Assembly: GCF_006345805.1 (NCBI RefSeq)
Contig: NC_043001.1
Span: 31,124,001-31,188,000, forward strand
Length of the DNA: 64,000 nt
Origin: Octopus sinensis
Lineage: Eukaryota
Direction: 5' to 3'
Part shown: positions 23,100 through 34,924 of the stretch, in pieces
Layout of the letters: each line of letters starts with the position of its first letter
Position numbering within the stretch: the first letter of the stretch is position 1
Made by a program: the position numbers and the translations under genes
The notes under the pieces: generated by a model
The model's database searches: none
What the model was told of the DNA's origin: nothing
Seen by the model: the letters and a program-made list of their open reading frames with translations, nothing else

Positions 23100-23529
23100 C
23101 AGTGCAAATTTAAACACATTAAGAGGTTTCCATTATAGGAATCCTTTACGCTAGAAAGAACAGCTAAAGTACAAACCACTAATTAGAGATAAATTCTCGA
23201 AGGGAATGAAAAATAAAAACATTTACCATCTCTTTCCTGGACCATGGTTTCTGACTTATTTTAGCGAATAAAATAATTTGCTAGGCGAAGTCGTCTTCAA
23301 CAGGTACGCCAAGATTAAACATATAAACATGAGGCCAATCCAGCATGTACCTCTTGGTTATACATTTTAATTTTTTCAAATCCACCGCGCAAGAAATAGA
23401 TGGTAAATGCTTTTATTTTTCATTCCCTTTGAGAATTTATCCCTAATTAGTGGTTTAGACTTTAGCTGTTCTTTCAAGCGTAAAGGATTCCTTTGATGGA
23501 AACCTCTTAATGTGTTTAAATTTACACTG
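23100..23529. mobile_element. Tc1/mariner-type MITE with ~140-bp TIRs
   Basis: TA|CAGTG...CACTG|TA (TA at 23098-23099 and 23530-23531). Arms 23100-~23236 and ~23393-23529 are reverse complements. Confidence 0.85.
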
Positions 23530-23624
23530 TATTTTACATGAATAATATATAGTCTATTGACTAATTTTTCTATATGTTAGGCCACTGGTAGTAAAAATTT
23601 CTAAAATCTTTATTACCCTGATAT

Positions 23625-23703
<79 letters not shown>

Positions 23704-24019
23704 TGTGCATGTGTATATATTTTTCTTTCGGTCTTTTTCTTCTACTTGTTTCAGTCATTAGACTGTGACCATGCTGGAGTACCACCTTCAAGAATGTTTG
23801 TCGAACGAATCGATCCCATTACTTATTTTATTATAATTTAAGTCTAGTAGTCATTTTATTGGTAACTTTTGTCAAATTACTAAGTTTCAGGTCGTAAACA
23901 CGCCAACACCCGTTGTCAAACGTTGATAAGGGACAAACACAGACACAAATACAGAAAGGTACACGCGCGAGCGCAAGTGCATGTGTATAGACAAGTTTCC
24001 TTCTGTTTCCGACAACAAA

Positions 24020-24610
24020 ATCCATCTACTCACAAGGCTTTGGTCGACCAGGGACTATAGTAGAAGATACCTGCCCAAGGCGGCGAGTTGGCAGAAACGT
24101 TAGCACGCCGGGCGAAATGCTTAGCGGTATTTCGTCTGCCGTTACGTTCTGAGTTCAAGTTCCGCCGAGGTCAACTTTACCTTTTCATCCTTTCGGGGTC
24201 GATTAAATAAGTACCAGTTACGCACTGGGGTCGATATAATCGACTTAATCCGTTTGTCTGTCCTTGTTTGTCCTCTCTGTGTTTAGCCACTTGTGGGTAT
24301 TAAAGAAATAGGTATTTCGTCTGACGTTACGTTCTGAGTTCAAATTCCGCCGAGGTCGACTTTGCCTTTCATCCTTTCGGGGTCGATAAAATAAGTACCA
24401 GTCATGCACTGGAGTCGATATAATCGACTCAATCCGTTTGTCTGTCCTTGTTTGTTCCTTCTGTGTGTAGCCTCTTTTGGGCAATAAAGAAATAAGAAAT
24501 AAGGTGCCACGCAGTGGTTCTGAACTCAGGGTCATGTGATCGGAAAGCAAAGCTTCTTACCACACAGTCACAGAGTGCGCACGCTATGTATGTGTGTGCG
24601 TGTATGTGTA
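24020..24610 (+). mobile_element. SINE cluster: family B fragment, family A dimer (24080-24490), inverted family B head
   Basis: Tandem family A bodies joined at aaagaaata-gg-tatttcgtc (24305-24318). Confidence 0.85.
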
Positions 24611-24959
24611 TGCGTGTATGTGTATGTATGTATATGTATATGCGTGTATGTGTATAACTATGTGGAGGAGTTTGCTTGTGTGCCTATGTCTGTGCGTGCA
24701 CGCGTGGGTGGGAATGTAAAGCTGATCAAGAATAATATTCGGCTAATAACTAGTCGTTAACTGTTTCAATTTGCTTCGATCAATTACCAATTCCGACTTC
24801 TTAAGTTTCAGATATGACAAGTGATTAAGACAGCTTTATAACTAGATCAGTGAAAAATAACGGAAGAACGCATTAGAAATATTATCTAAAATACACCAAT
24901 ACAAACCACGTTTGTAGTTTGGAATTAAGATTTTCTCTCTTTCCTTTTTTATACTGCTT

Positions 24960-25262
24960 TAACAGATTTTTCGCGACCGTAGTGTCGAGTGTGTGATTCC
25001 TGGCGGCACGTTGCGTCCATAAGCAAAACGCTGTATTTCACGTTTGTAAAATGCCCGCTCAGCTGGCAAAGATGAGTTGTACATAACATTCAAAGAGCCA
25101 GCCTTGTCATATTCTGTGTCATGCTGAATCTCCTCGAGAACTACGTTAAGAGTACGCGTGTCTGTGAAGCGCTCAGCCACTTGCACTTTAATTTCATGAG
25201 CTGGTTGTTCCGTTGATCGGATCAACTGGAACCCTCGTCGTCGTAACCGACAGAGTGCTAGT
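24960..25262 (-). mobile_element. Interspersed repeat of another SINE/LINE-tail family (gcactctgtcggttacgacgacgagggttccagttgatccgatcaacgg...)
   Basis: GC-rich island recognised from memory as a common octopus repeat. The supplied ORF 24959-25225 has no protein motif. Confidence 0.5.
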
Positions 25263-25264
25263 GA

Positions 25265-25945
25265 TAATCCTTTCTACTATAGGCACAAGGCTTGAAATTT
25301 GAAGGGAAGGAACTAGTCGATTACATCGACCCCAGTGATTCACTAGTACTTAATTTATCGACCCTGAAAAGAGGAAAGGGAAAATCGACCACGTAGGAAT
25401 TCGAACTCAGAACGTAGCAACGAATGAAATACCTATTTCTTTACTGCTCACAAGGAGCTACACACAGAGGGGACAAACAAGGACCGACCCCAGTGCGTAA
25501 CTGGTACTTAATTAATCGACCCTAGTGCGTAACTGGTACTTATTTAATCGACCCCGAAAGGATGAAAGGCAAAGTCGACCTCGGCGGAATTTGAACTGAG
25601 AACGTAGCGGCAGACGAAATACCTATTTCTTTACTACCCACAAGGGGCTAAACACAGAGAGGACAAACAAGGACAGACAAACAGATTATGTCGATTATAT
25701 CGATTCCAGTGCGTAATTGGTACTTAATTTATCGACTCCGAACGGATGAAAGGCAAAGTCAACCTCGGCGGAATTTGAACTCAGAACGTAACGGCAGACG
25801 AAATACTGCTAAGCATTTCGTCCGGCATGCTAACGATTCTGCTAGCTCGCCGCCTATTGAGGGCCAGTAATAATTACACTGGGGTCGATGTGATCGACTT
25901 AGTCCTTCCCTGAAATTTCAGTCCTAGTGCCTTTAGTAGAAAGGA
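25265..25945 (-). mobile_element. SINE family A trimer-like array (-, ~25290-25856) with a 32-bp internal duplication, plus a + strand tail fragment
   Basis: Junctions at 25426-25439 and 25616-25629. gacccyagtgcgtaactggtactta is duplicated at ~25488-25550. Confidence 0.85.
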
Positions 25946-26919
25946 ATATATATGGTTAGCTATATGTGTGTGAAATGTCTATATGTGAGTCCGTGTATGA
26001 GTATGTGAGTGCTTGTGTGTTTTATAGACATATGAAAATAAATATCACACATATCTTATAAGACTATAGATTCTCTGGGAACTGGCTTCTCAGTTTTGAT
26101 TCTGAACCAAGATCTAGTATTATCAACTAATGACTCTTAGGTTTTGAACAATAGCTTGATGGATGTTAATGTGAATGACACAAATGGACTTAACCAAAAG
26201 TTGGTCAAGAATGTCTATGACAGAAGAAAGAACATTACCATCCCAGGGGGTGGAAATGTGGTATTCTACTGTAGCATATATCTCCCTCCTTATGGAAGAT
26301 CAACAATTGTTTAGTAATTCAGTTAATCACATTTGAAAGTTTAGAGATCGTTTATTTAAAAGGGCATAATACCAAAGGTATCGGAATGTTGGTCACCCAA
26401 TATAAACATTATTTTAAATAAGAAATGCATGTAAAGTTTAGAGTTCTGAACAAGAGTAATGGTTGGTTTGCGGGATTTTATTGTTTATATATATATTTGT
26501 GGCCCTATATTTTTTATCTGCTTGTTTCAGTCATTATACTGCGGCTTTGTGGGGGGCCTTGAAAAGTTTAGTCGAACAAATCGGCCCCAGTAATTATTAT
26601 TTTTTTTAAAGCCTAGTACTTATTCTATCAATATTTTTCGCTAACCGGGTAAGTTACGGGGATGTAAACAAACCAACACCGGTTGTCAAGCGGTAGTGGT
26701 GGACACACAAACACACACGCACGCACACACACGTGTGTGCGTGTGTGTGTCAAGCGGTGACGGAAGCTAGCTGCTTCTTCTAAGCAGCGCTCCCGGGTAT
26801 TTGACGAAGTCTGTTTTTATTTAGTGTCTATTGTGCCAACACATCTACCGCTTACAATGACCACTTTTTCTGTTAACATTCTTCTGATACTGCTGCACCG
26901 TGTGTGTGTGTGTGTGTGT

Positions 26920-27110
26920 ATAAGGGGAGAATTCACAAAAAATCAAAGACGAAGACAGGTGGTGTAGACAACAAACAGATGTATTAGTATAACGCTCGGG
27001 AAGTGAAAAGGTCTTTAACGTTTCGAGCCTACGCTCTTCCACAGAAAGGAACATGGAAAGAAACAAGGAGAGAAAATAATGTGTAGTGGCTAGCGATCTA
27101 TCGTGGCGAG
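26920..27110 (-). mobile_element. Second copy of the Penelope-like terminal repeat with a hammerhead-like motif
   Basis: Reverse complement reads ccttt-CTGTGGA-agagcgtaggctc-GAAA-cgtt-aaagac (27011-27048). Confidence 0.6.
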
Positions 27111-27151
27111 CTTTATTATCTATCTGTATGTATATATATATATATATATAA

Positions 27152-27383
27152 AGGGTAAAGACCCCCTTCGGTCATGAATGACCATGGGATTGCACCTAGA
27201 AAGTTACCCTCCTAGACACAAGTCCGGGCAAGGTTGTTTATGGAAGACCAGCAGTCGCCCATGCATACCAGCCTCCCCTCTCCACGCCACTAGTGTTATC
27301 CAAGGGAAAGACAAAGGTCGATACAGCTTGACACCAGTGACGTCGCAACTCATTTCTACAGCTGAGTGAACTGGAGCAACGTG

Positions 27384-27387
<4 letters not shown>
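27152..27387 (-). mobile_element. Truncated SINE-like repeat bounded by (TA)n
   Basis: GC-rich island (ccagtgacgtcgcaactcatttctacagctgagtgaactggagcaacgtgaaata) recognised from memory as an octopus repeat body. Confidence 0.5.
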
Positions 27388-27428
<41 letters not shown>

Positions 27429-28159
27429 TATATAGATAGATAATAGATAGATAGATATAGATAGATAGATAGATTGTTAGCATTGGATAGAAATAAACTG
27501 CACAATCCTAAACGCCGAAACTGTGAAAACCCCCCAGTTGGACAACTTTTTCATTGTTTTCTTATTTGGTGCCCCCTCTCTTTCATGCACACCCCTCTCT
27601 TTTAGGAGGCAAAAGTACTTACACATACATGTACACACACGAAGATAACTTCCGCCTACCAAATTCAGTCACAAGGCTTCGGTCAGCCTGAGGCTATAGC
27701 AGAAGATACCTGACTGAGGTGCCACGCAGTGGAACTGAACCCGAAACCATGTGACTGGGAAGCAAGGTTCCTAACCACACAATGCACATTTTTGCATATA
27801 TATACACACACATATATGCAAAAATATCCTGCTGGTGTTGAAATTCCAATGAAGGAGCCTTGGATCTAGGTTAGAAACCGGCTCTTTCTCTATTGGCAAG
27901 ACATCTTAAATAAAACTGAATGACTTAAATACAATCATACAAATAAAGACCACTCAAAAGTAAATAGACACACCTTACTATATCGCTTTATTTTGGCAGA
28001 CAATACTTATTAATACGATATCCAAATGGGATAAATCATTAGCGACCGCACAAGGCATGGCTACTAAATACTAGAATAAGTATTTAAATGCATCAAATAT
28101 GATTATTTTATTTCTAGAACTAAATTTTTCGAAAATGATGGTGTCTACTTACTTTCGAG

Positions 28160-28224
<65 letters not shown>

Positions 28225-28261
28225 CCTACCTACCTACCTACCTACCTACCTACCTACCTAC

Positions 28262-28297
<36 letters not shown>

Positions 28298-28298
28298 A

Positions 28299-28348
<50 letters not shown>

Positions 28349-28389
28349 CATACATACATGTACATATGTACATATATGCTTTTATACAC

Positions 28390-29310
28390 TCACACACCTG
28401 AAAAACACTGTAACTGTAGATATTCGTACAGCAGTCCTCTAAACAATAGCTGTCTGGAAAACGAACTTGCATATAAGGCCAAAATCATGGATTCCAACGG
28501 AGTAACAAAGGTACATATTGGCATGACGGGCAACTCGTTCATGGAAAGATATATACATCTGGCGTCATTGATGGACTAAAATAATAGGCATGCGACATCC
28601 CTATCCAATATGATATGGACATTGGAAGAAAGCGGAGTAAGCATACCTCAAATAACATGATGCATTTTTGTTAAAGCTAGAAAAATACATGAGTCGGGGT
28701 ACGAAATGTGAGCTTTGTGTTACTGAAAAGTTAAACATCACTCAATCAAAAGATAACTGCTTAAACAGCAGGGATGAAACCTCTCTCTGCATGCACACGC
28801 AAAATTTTACACTCCGACATTACAAAGAGGAACTATTCTCCACTCCGCCGTTCCTTCAAGGATAGGCTCTTTCTCTGAACGTCATCATTAAATATACACA
28901 TTATACGAATTCCACACATCAAAGACACATGTCCTCATGAGAAATTTTCTCAACACACAAACATACAAGCATTATTCATACCCAGGATATAATATAATAT
29001 AAACGAACTTATTAAGTACAACTTTTCCAAAAATGAAACCCAAGCGTGATGATCACTCAAAAGATGTCTCCTAAGAGTCACCCTCTTTGATTTCTTGTTT
29101 TGTTTGCGAGACTTTATCGTGAATTCCCGTGATTTTTTATATCGTAATTCAAAATACAGACGAACACCACTCCGTGTGATAGGCTTGAAAAATTGTTAAG
29201 ATATTAAGCTATTTTCTTAACATGAACCAATGGTGACCTCAATGCACAAATAAGAAGTTCTTATCCATCAATACGGTGTTGAGCCCTCATCTTCATTCCT
29301 CGACATTTAC
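28390..29310 (+). mobile_element. Penelope-like element relic: GIY-YIG endonuclease domain and 3' region
   Basis: [28 protein letters not shown]...[14 protein letters not shown]...ATSLSNMIWTL...KCELCVTEKLNI...LNSRDE matches the PLE CNC/GIY-YIG/CxLCxxEK/LNxRxE pattern, with stops and frameshifts. Confidence 0.85.
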
Positions 29311-29345
29311 ACACACACACACACACAACATATATACATATATAC

Positions 29346-29548
29346 AAAACCACTATTAGGCCAATCAAACAGTGAAAATCATAAGCCAATACATAGAAAT
29401 AAAATTAATTAAAAAAATATAAAATATATAAAATATAAAATATAAATAATAGTGGTTTTATCTCTAATTTAATATAATATATATTTATACTATAAAATTA
29501 GATTTAATCCTAAATCTAATTTTTCCCTGTAAGTTTGGATTTACTCCC

Positions 29549-29552
<4 letters not shown>
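29346..29552 (-). mobile_element. PLE-like terminal segment with a small inverted duplication; same family as 54077-54676
   Basis: aaaaccactatta (29346) / taatagtggtttt (29447-29459). atctctaattt...gtaagtttggatttactccctaa is the reverse complement of 54078-54178. Confidence 0.65.
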
Positions 29553-29580
<28 letters not shown>

Positions 29581-29581
29581 C

Positions 29582-29803
29582 ACTCTTTACTTGTTTCAAT
29601 CATTTGACTGCGGCCATGCTGGAGCAACGTTTTTAGTCGAGCAAATCGACCCCAGAACCTATTCTTTGTAAGCCCAGTACTTATTCTATCGGTTTCTTTT
29701 GCCGAAACGCTAAGTTATGGGGACGTAAACACACCACCATCGGTTGTCAAGTGATGTTGGTGGGGGGACAACTCAGACATACAACATATACATATATATA
29801 TAT

Positions 29804-29863
<60 letters not shown>

Positions 29864-30040
29864 ATACATACATATATACGAGGGCTTCTTTCAGTTTCCG
29901 TCTAGCAAATCCACTCACAAGGCTTTGGTCGGCCCGAGGCTATAGTAGAAGACACCTGCACAAGGTGCCACGCAGTGGGACTGAACCCGGAACCATGTGG
30001 GTGGTAAGCAAGCTACTTACCCCACAGCCACTCCTACGCC
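29582..30040 (-). mobile_element. SINE family B, full-length, with an expanded internal (TA)n
   Basis: Family B tail, body and head in reverse. Confidence 0.9.
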
Positions 30041-30041
30041 T

Positions 30042-30217
<176 letters not shown>

Positions 30218-31109
30218 TGTACGCTGGTATCTTTTTGCATTGCATTAATATAATTTTCGGTTTTCTAATATAAACGATCCGTTAGAGCGTCCTTCTAATA
30301 AGAGCTGGTCAGTTTGTATCACCTCACTACTCATTTACGTCTGTCATTTCTCCCGTCGGGTATAGCTTCGGGAATCGGTTTTTATGCTGTCCTTGCTCAA
30401 CCATGACGTGGTCTCCAACTGGTTCCAGCTTGTTTCTTTGTTTCGTTTTATGATGGAGGTGCTAGTGGTGGTGGTGGTGGTGGTAGTAGTAGAGTGAGTC
30501 GTTGGGGAATAGCATTTGACACGTCGGCAGCGAGCAGCTGGGAAGCTGGATGAAAATCAACTTTTGAAACGACCATGAATTCCAATCTTTGACTGGAAAT
30601 TCAGCCACAGATGTATCTGTGTGTGTGTGTGTGTGTATATGTGTGTGTATTTGAGTGTGTTTCTGCACGTGACGGTGCTTGTATATAACAGACAACTCTC
30701 TCTCCACATTAACACACTGTGCGTTTGCTCAAAACATACCACAGAATTGAAGCATCTCATTCCAAACATACCCGACTAATTACACACACACAACACATAC
30801 ACACACAAATACATGTACACAGACATACATGTGTACATATATATTCACTCATGCATGCACACACACACGTACATACATACATACATACATACACACATAC
30901 ATACATACATACATACATACATACATACATACATACACATACATTGAGAGGTCAAGTGATAATATGATGCAAAGTCTCTCACATGACACCACTTCGGTGT
31001 AGTGAAAATGCCAACTGCCTGAAGTTCTTGTGACAAATGACTCAAGTTCAAAATCAAGCTAAGGCAATTATTGGCAAGGGATTTTATACACACACACACA
31101 CACACACAC

Positions 31110-31145
<36 letters not shown>

Positions 31146-31191
31146 TCTCATTTATTCAATTATTGGTTTGTTTTAACTTATTTCTACTCCC

Positions 31192-31251
<60 letters not shown>

Positions 31252-31569
31252 ATGGGTGATTTGTGGATGAGATTTCACTATCATAGTTTTGTTGTTAAAT
31301 TAATGGATAATGTTTGTATATGCCGACACAGGAATCATATAATTGTCTTTACTGTTGCCAAAATATTTGGCAATCGGTGTGATTAACTTTAATGGATATG
31401 AAAATGGAATTTATCATTAAGGAAACTACATTTCTTTGCTGGACTAATGGTATATTTATGAAAAAAAGGAAAACACACACACAATTTAACACACGCTACC
31501 TGTCTTATTAGCTGCAGATTGAACAGACATATAGTCAAAGATGTTCCTACCGTGACCATTGCGTTATAC

Positions 31570-31836
31570 ATCAATTTAATACAATACCAAAATAGCTACT
31601 AAGAGTTTCATGCTTTTATGATATTCTAGATAGGTATATTTATAAAATGCATCACGTATCTCCAGGCAATCTTTCAGACCCTGCTTATGCATTAGGTATA
31701 TTTTAATAGCTAGTACTCTAGACACTGGCGAAAGATTGCTGGGAGGTACATGGCCTATTTTATAAATATGCTTATCTAAAGTACCATAAAAGCATGAAAC
31801 AATTAGTAGCTATTTCAGTATGTGTATTAAATTGAT
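31570..31836. mobile_element. Palindromic MITE-like element (~270 bp, arms ~105 bp)
   Basis: atcaatttaatac...atagctacta...tttcatgcttttatg...gcaatctttc is the reverse complement of gaaagattgc...cataaaagcatgaaa...tagtagctat...gtattaaattgat. TSD not evident. Confidence 0.8.
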
Positions 31837-31948
31837 ATTTATCGCTCACTGATGAAGTCCTTTTTGTGAATGAAACCCATCATAACTATCATATATATAT
31901 ATATATATATATACATATATATATACCATAATAACACAGACAGACAGA

Positions 31949-32012
<64 letters not shown>

Positions 32013-32035
32013 ATATATATATATATCTATCTATC

Positions 32036-32067
<32 letters not shown>

Positions 32068-32069
32068 AT

Positions 32070-32316
32070 ATTTCGTTTTTCGATTTGGTTTGCAAGATTC
32101 TTTATATGAGTTCGTGTGTTGAAGCATATTCTGTTGTGTCTGGAGAGAGTCGTTTTTTTTTTGCGCCTTATAATTTAACACACTCACCGGTAAAATTTAC
32201 ACTTCTTTCTTTTTTTATTTATTTTTAATTTTTATAAGAAATAAGTGGAAATTTAACCGGTGAGTGTGTTAAATTATATGGCACAAAAAGAAAATGACTC
32301 TCCCCAGACACAACAG
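32070..32316. mobile_element. PLE-like end with an inverted repeat (arms 32131-32210 and 32237-32316)
   Basis: ctgttgtgtctggagagagtc...ataatttaacacactcaccggt versus accggtgagtgtgttaaattat...gactctccccagacacaacag. Confidence 0.7.
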
Positions 32317-33139
32317 AGGTTTCGTTGGCTGGAGAAATACACGAAACACACAAACTTACACGCATATGCATACACGCAAACATACACACACATGCATTCA
32401 CGCAAACACACACACACGCACTCATATTGTTTTAAACATAGTTAGATAGGTGTTTGAGTAAGTGTATGTAGATATATAACCACATACGCCTACGTGTGCA
32501 TGCAGGCGCGCGCGATCGTGTGTGTTTACATTTTAGTTTTGTAGCCAAAATGAAACGTGCAGATATATAGAATACATATGAAGTCTAAAAATATAAACCT
32601 CAACAGAACCTGTTTATAATATCAGCATCTTTATACGGGCATCCATTGAAGTTTGGAATTCTTTTCAGTATCCTACTTAGCTACACAAGCACACATCTCT
32701 GCATAGACACAGATACATATGTGCATGCATATATGAGAGAGCAGTGTAAGTATGGTTGAATATATGTGAGGGGTGTTTTGTGTATGGGGCGGTGAAATGT
32801 TGGTGCTGATTCCGCCCACCTGCCTATCTGGAGTTATGATGGCTCTCGACAAACCACATCCACCATAGGAGTGGAGTGTGGAATATATTTCTGCCGTGCC
32901 CAAACGTGCGCGTTTGCTAACGTGTCACGCCTTTTCAGCGCACCTTTTAAAGTGTACCATATGTGTATGTGTACGCGCGCATGTAGTGCGTATGTATGTA
33001 TGTATGTATGTATGTATGTATGTATGTATGTATGTATGTATGTATGTATGTACGTACGTACGTACGTACGTATGTATGTATGTATGTATGTATGTATGTA
33101 TGTATGTATGTATGTATGTACGTACGTATGTGTATAACG

Positions 33140-33450
33140 GTGGATGCGCAATGGCCCAGTGGTTAGGGCAGCGGACTCGCGGTCGGAGGATCGCGGTTTC
33201 GATTCTCGAACCGGACGTTTGTGTGTTTATTGAGTGAAAACACCTAAAGCTCCACGAGGCTCCAGCAAGGGGTGGTGGCAACCCCTTTTGTACTCTTTCG
33301 TCCCAACTTTCTCTCACTCTCTCTTCCTGTTTCTTGAGTAATGCTGCGATGGACTGGCGTCCCGTCCAGTTGGGGGGAACACAAACGCAATAGAAACCGG
33401 AAAACCGGGCCCATGAGCCTAGCTAGGCTTGAAAAGGGCGCAAAAAAATA
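33140..33450 (+). mobile_element. SINE family C
   Basis: Reverse complement of the 6545-6842 and 44752-45058 copies. Confidence 0.9.
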
Positions 33451-34411
33451 ATGTATAACGACATATTTCAGATTTCAATTTAGCTGGTAAAATTCAATTT
33501 AAAACTGGTCATGTTTCTAAATAGAAAAATATTGGTGACCCTGATGGAAAGAGGTACAGGTTCATTGTTACATTGACATGCACTGAATGCGTTTCTTGAC
33601 AGTCACACAAGACTATAACATATCATTAAGTGGGAAAAATGTAGAAAAGGCTGAAAATTCCAACAAAAGGCCTTTTTCATGCAGTCATATCAGCATGCTA
33701 TAGGTGACATTTATATTGCAGGTGTGTTGCATACGAAGTACAACTTGTCAGAGACCATGTTTTAGTAGAAGTTTTTGAAGCACTAACAATGGTTTCAGCA
33801 CTTTTATATATTTTATATTTCAAGAGATTGTTTTAGTTGTAAGCGTTAAACGCAATCTGTTCTCAGTTTTATTTCTTTGTACAATTCCAGTCCATGATAA
33901 ATGATATTGTAGACCCTATTCCCTATAACATTAAGGGTGGAACGTTTGGGTAATTTCGAAATAACTTTTGATGTCAAAAGATCTGCATATTAGTTAAAAG
34001 ATCAGGATAACTGGGCAAGAATAGTTCTTGTTCCCTCCAACCCACGATATTGTTATTTATCCCCAGATGCGTTCTGAATGTGATGACCTATACTCAAAGA
34101 TATTCCAGCCACATCTTATTTTCTTTACAGACATTTTTTATCTAGGACTACAATATACGACATACTTTGTGTTTAAAGCAGCACGGTATACTTTGAGTGA
34201 GATTTAGCGACACTGTATTGAAAATCAGGAAGAATATTTGAAAGTTATGTAATTCTAGAGAAGGACGCAAGGGAAAGGCTTTTATTTTAATTTTAACATG
34301 TTCCTCATCTTTGTTTAGGAGAAGAAAATACTTTTAAACTCTGAATAATTACTGATTCTCTATAAGTGAGACATACAATGGACTACTGCTCTCACATCAG
34401 GTACAGTGTTG

Positions 34412-34442
<31 letters not shown>

Positions 34443-34870
34443 CCTACACTGCATCCAACGGAAGTCTATCTGACTGGTTGACAAAGAATCACATACCGAT
34501 ACCCTTAAATATCTACTTCACCACGAACTGTCTTCTTACTCGGACTTTTCTACTGGAACAGAAACGGTCTCAGCTCCCTTCCTCTGACAAATTCGTTCCT
34601 TATATTGTGTCCCTCCACACTCAAACCCCTATAAGAACTTCGTTCAGTCCTTGCTAGCAGGAACGTCAGTTCTATTAAAACAAATTCTTTTTCACTTACG
34701 TTTCCCCAGCAGTCATCGATATTAAAATGTTCAAGCCAAACTCCCAACTACATTAGTCTCCAATCGTAATGGTATTGGAAGCCTACGTATATCAGGAACG
34801 CAGATTCTCTTATCCGACTAATCACACGATAATGATAATGGATTAGATTAACAAAGATAATCACACTCAC

Positions 34871-34924
34871 CTGATGTAAGGAAACGCTGGATCGACATGT
34901 TTGAAGGCTACAGCTATGGCGTAC
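34871..34924 (-). CDS. DRAM2: DRAM-family gene, coding exon 2 (YAIAVAFKHVDPAFPYI-S)
   Basis: ttttacag|G TAC GCC ... TAC ATC AG|gtgagt; 54 nt, phase 2-2. Encodes the family motif Y-x-IAV-x3-HV-x-P-x-FPYIS. Confidence 0.95.

Noticed and set aside
26138-26335. Open frame VLNNSLMDVNV...ITIPGVEMWYST after an AG on the + strand
   Set aside because: No recognisable domain or partner exons; cannot be supported without a search.
31840-31890. CTGATGA...GAAA at 31849-31875 as a hammerhead
   Set aside because: Helix II, helix III and stem I cannot be formed. At most a decayed remnant.
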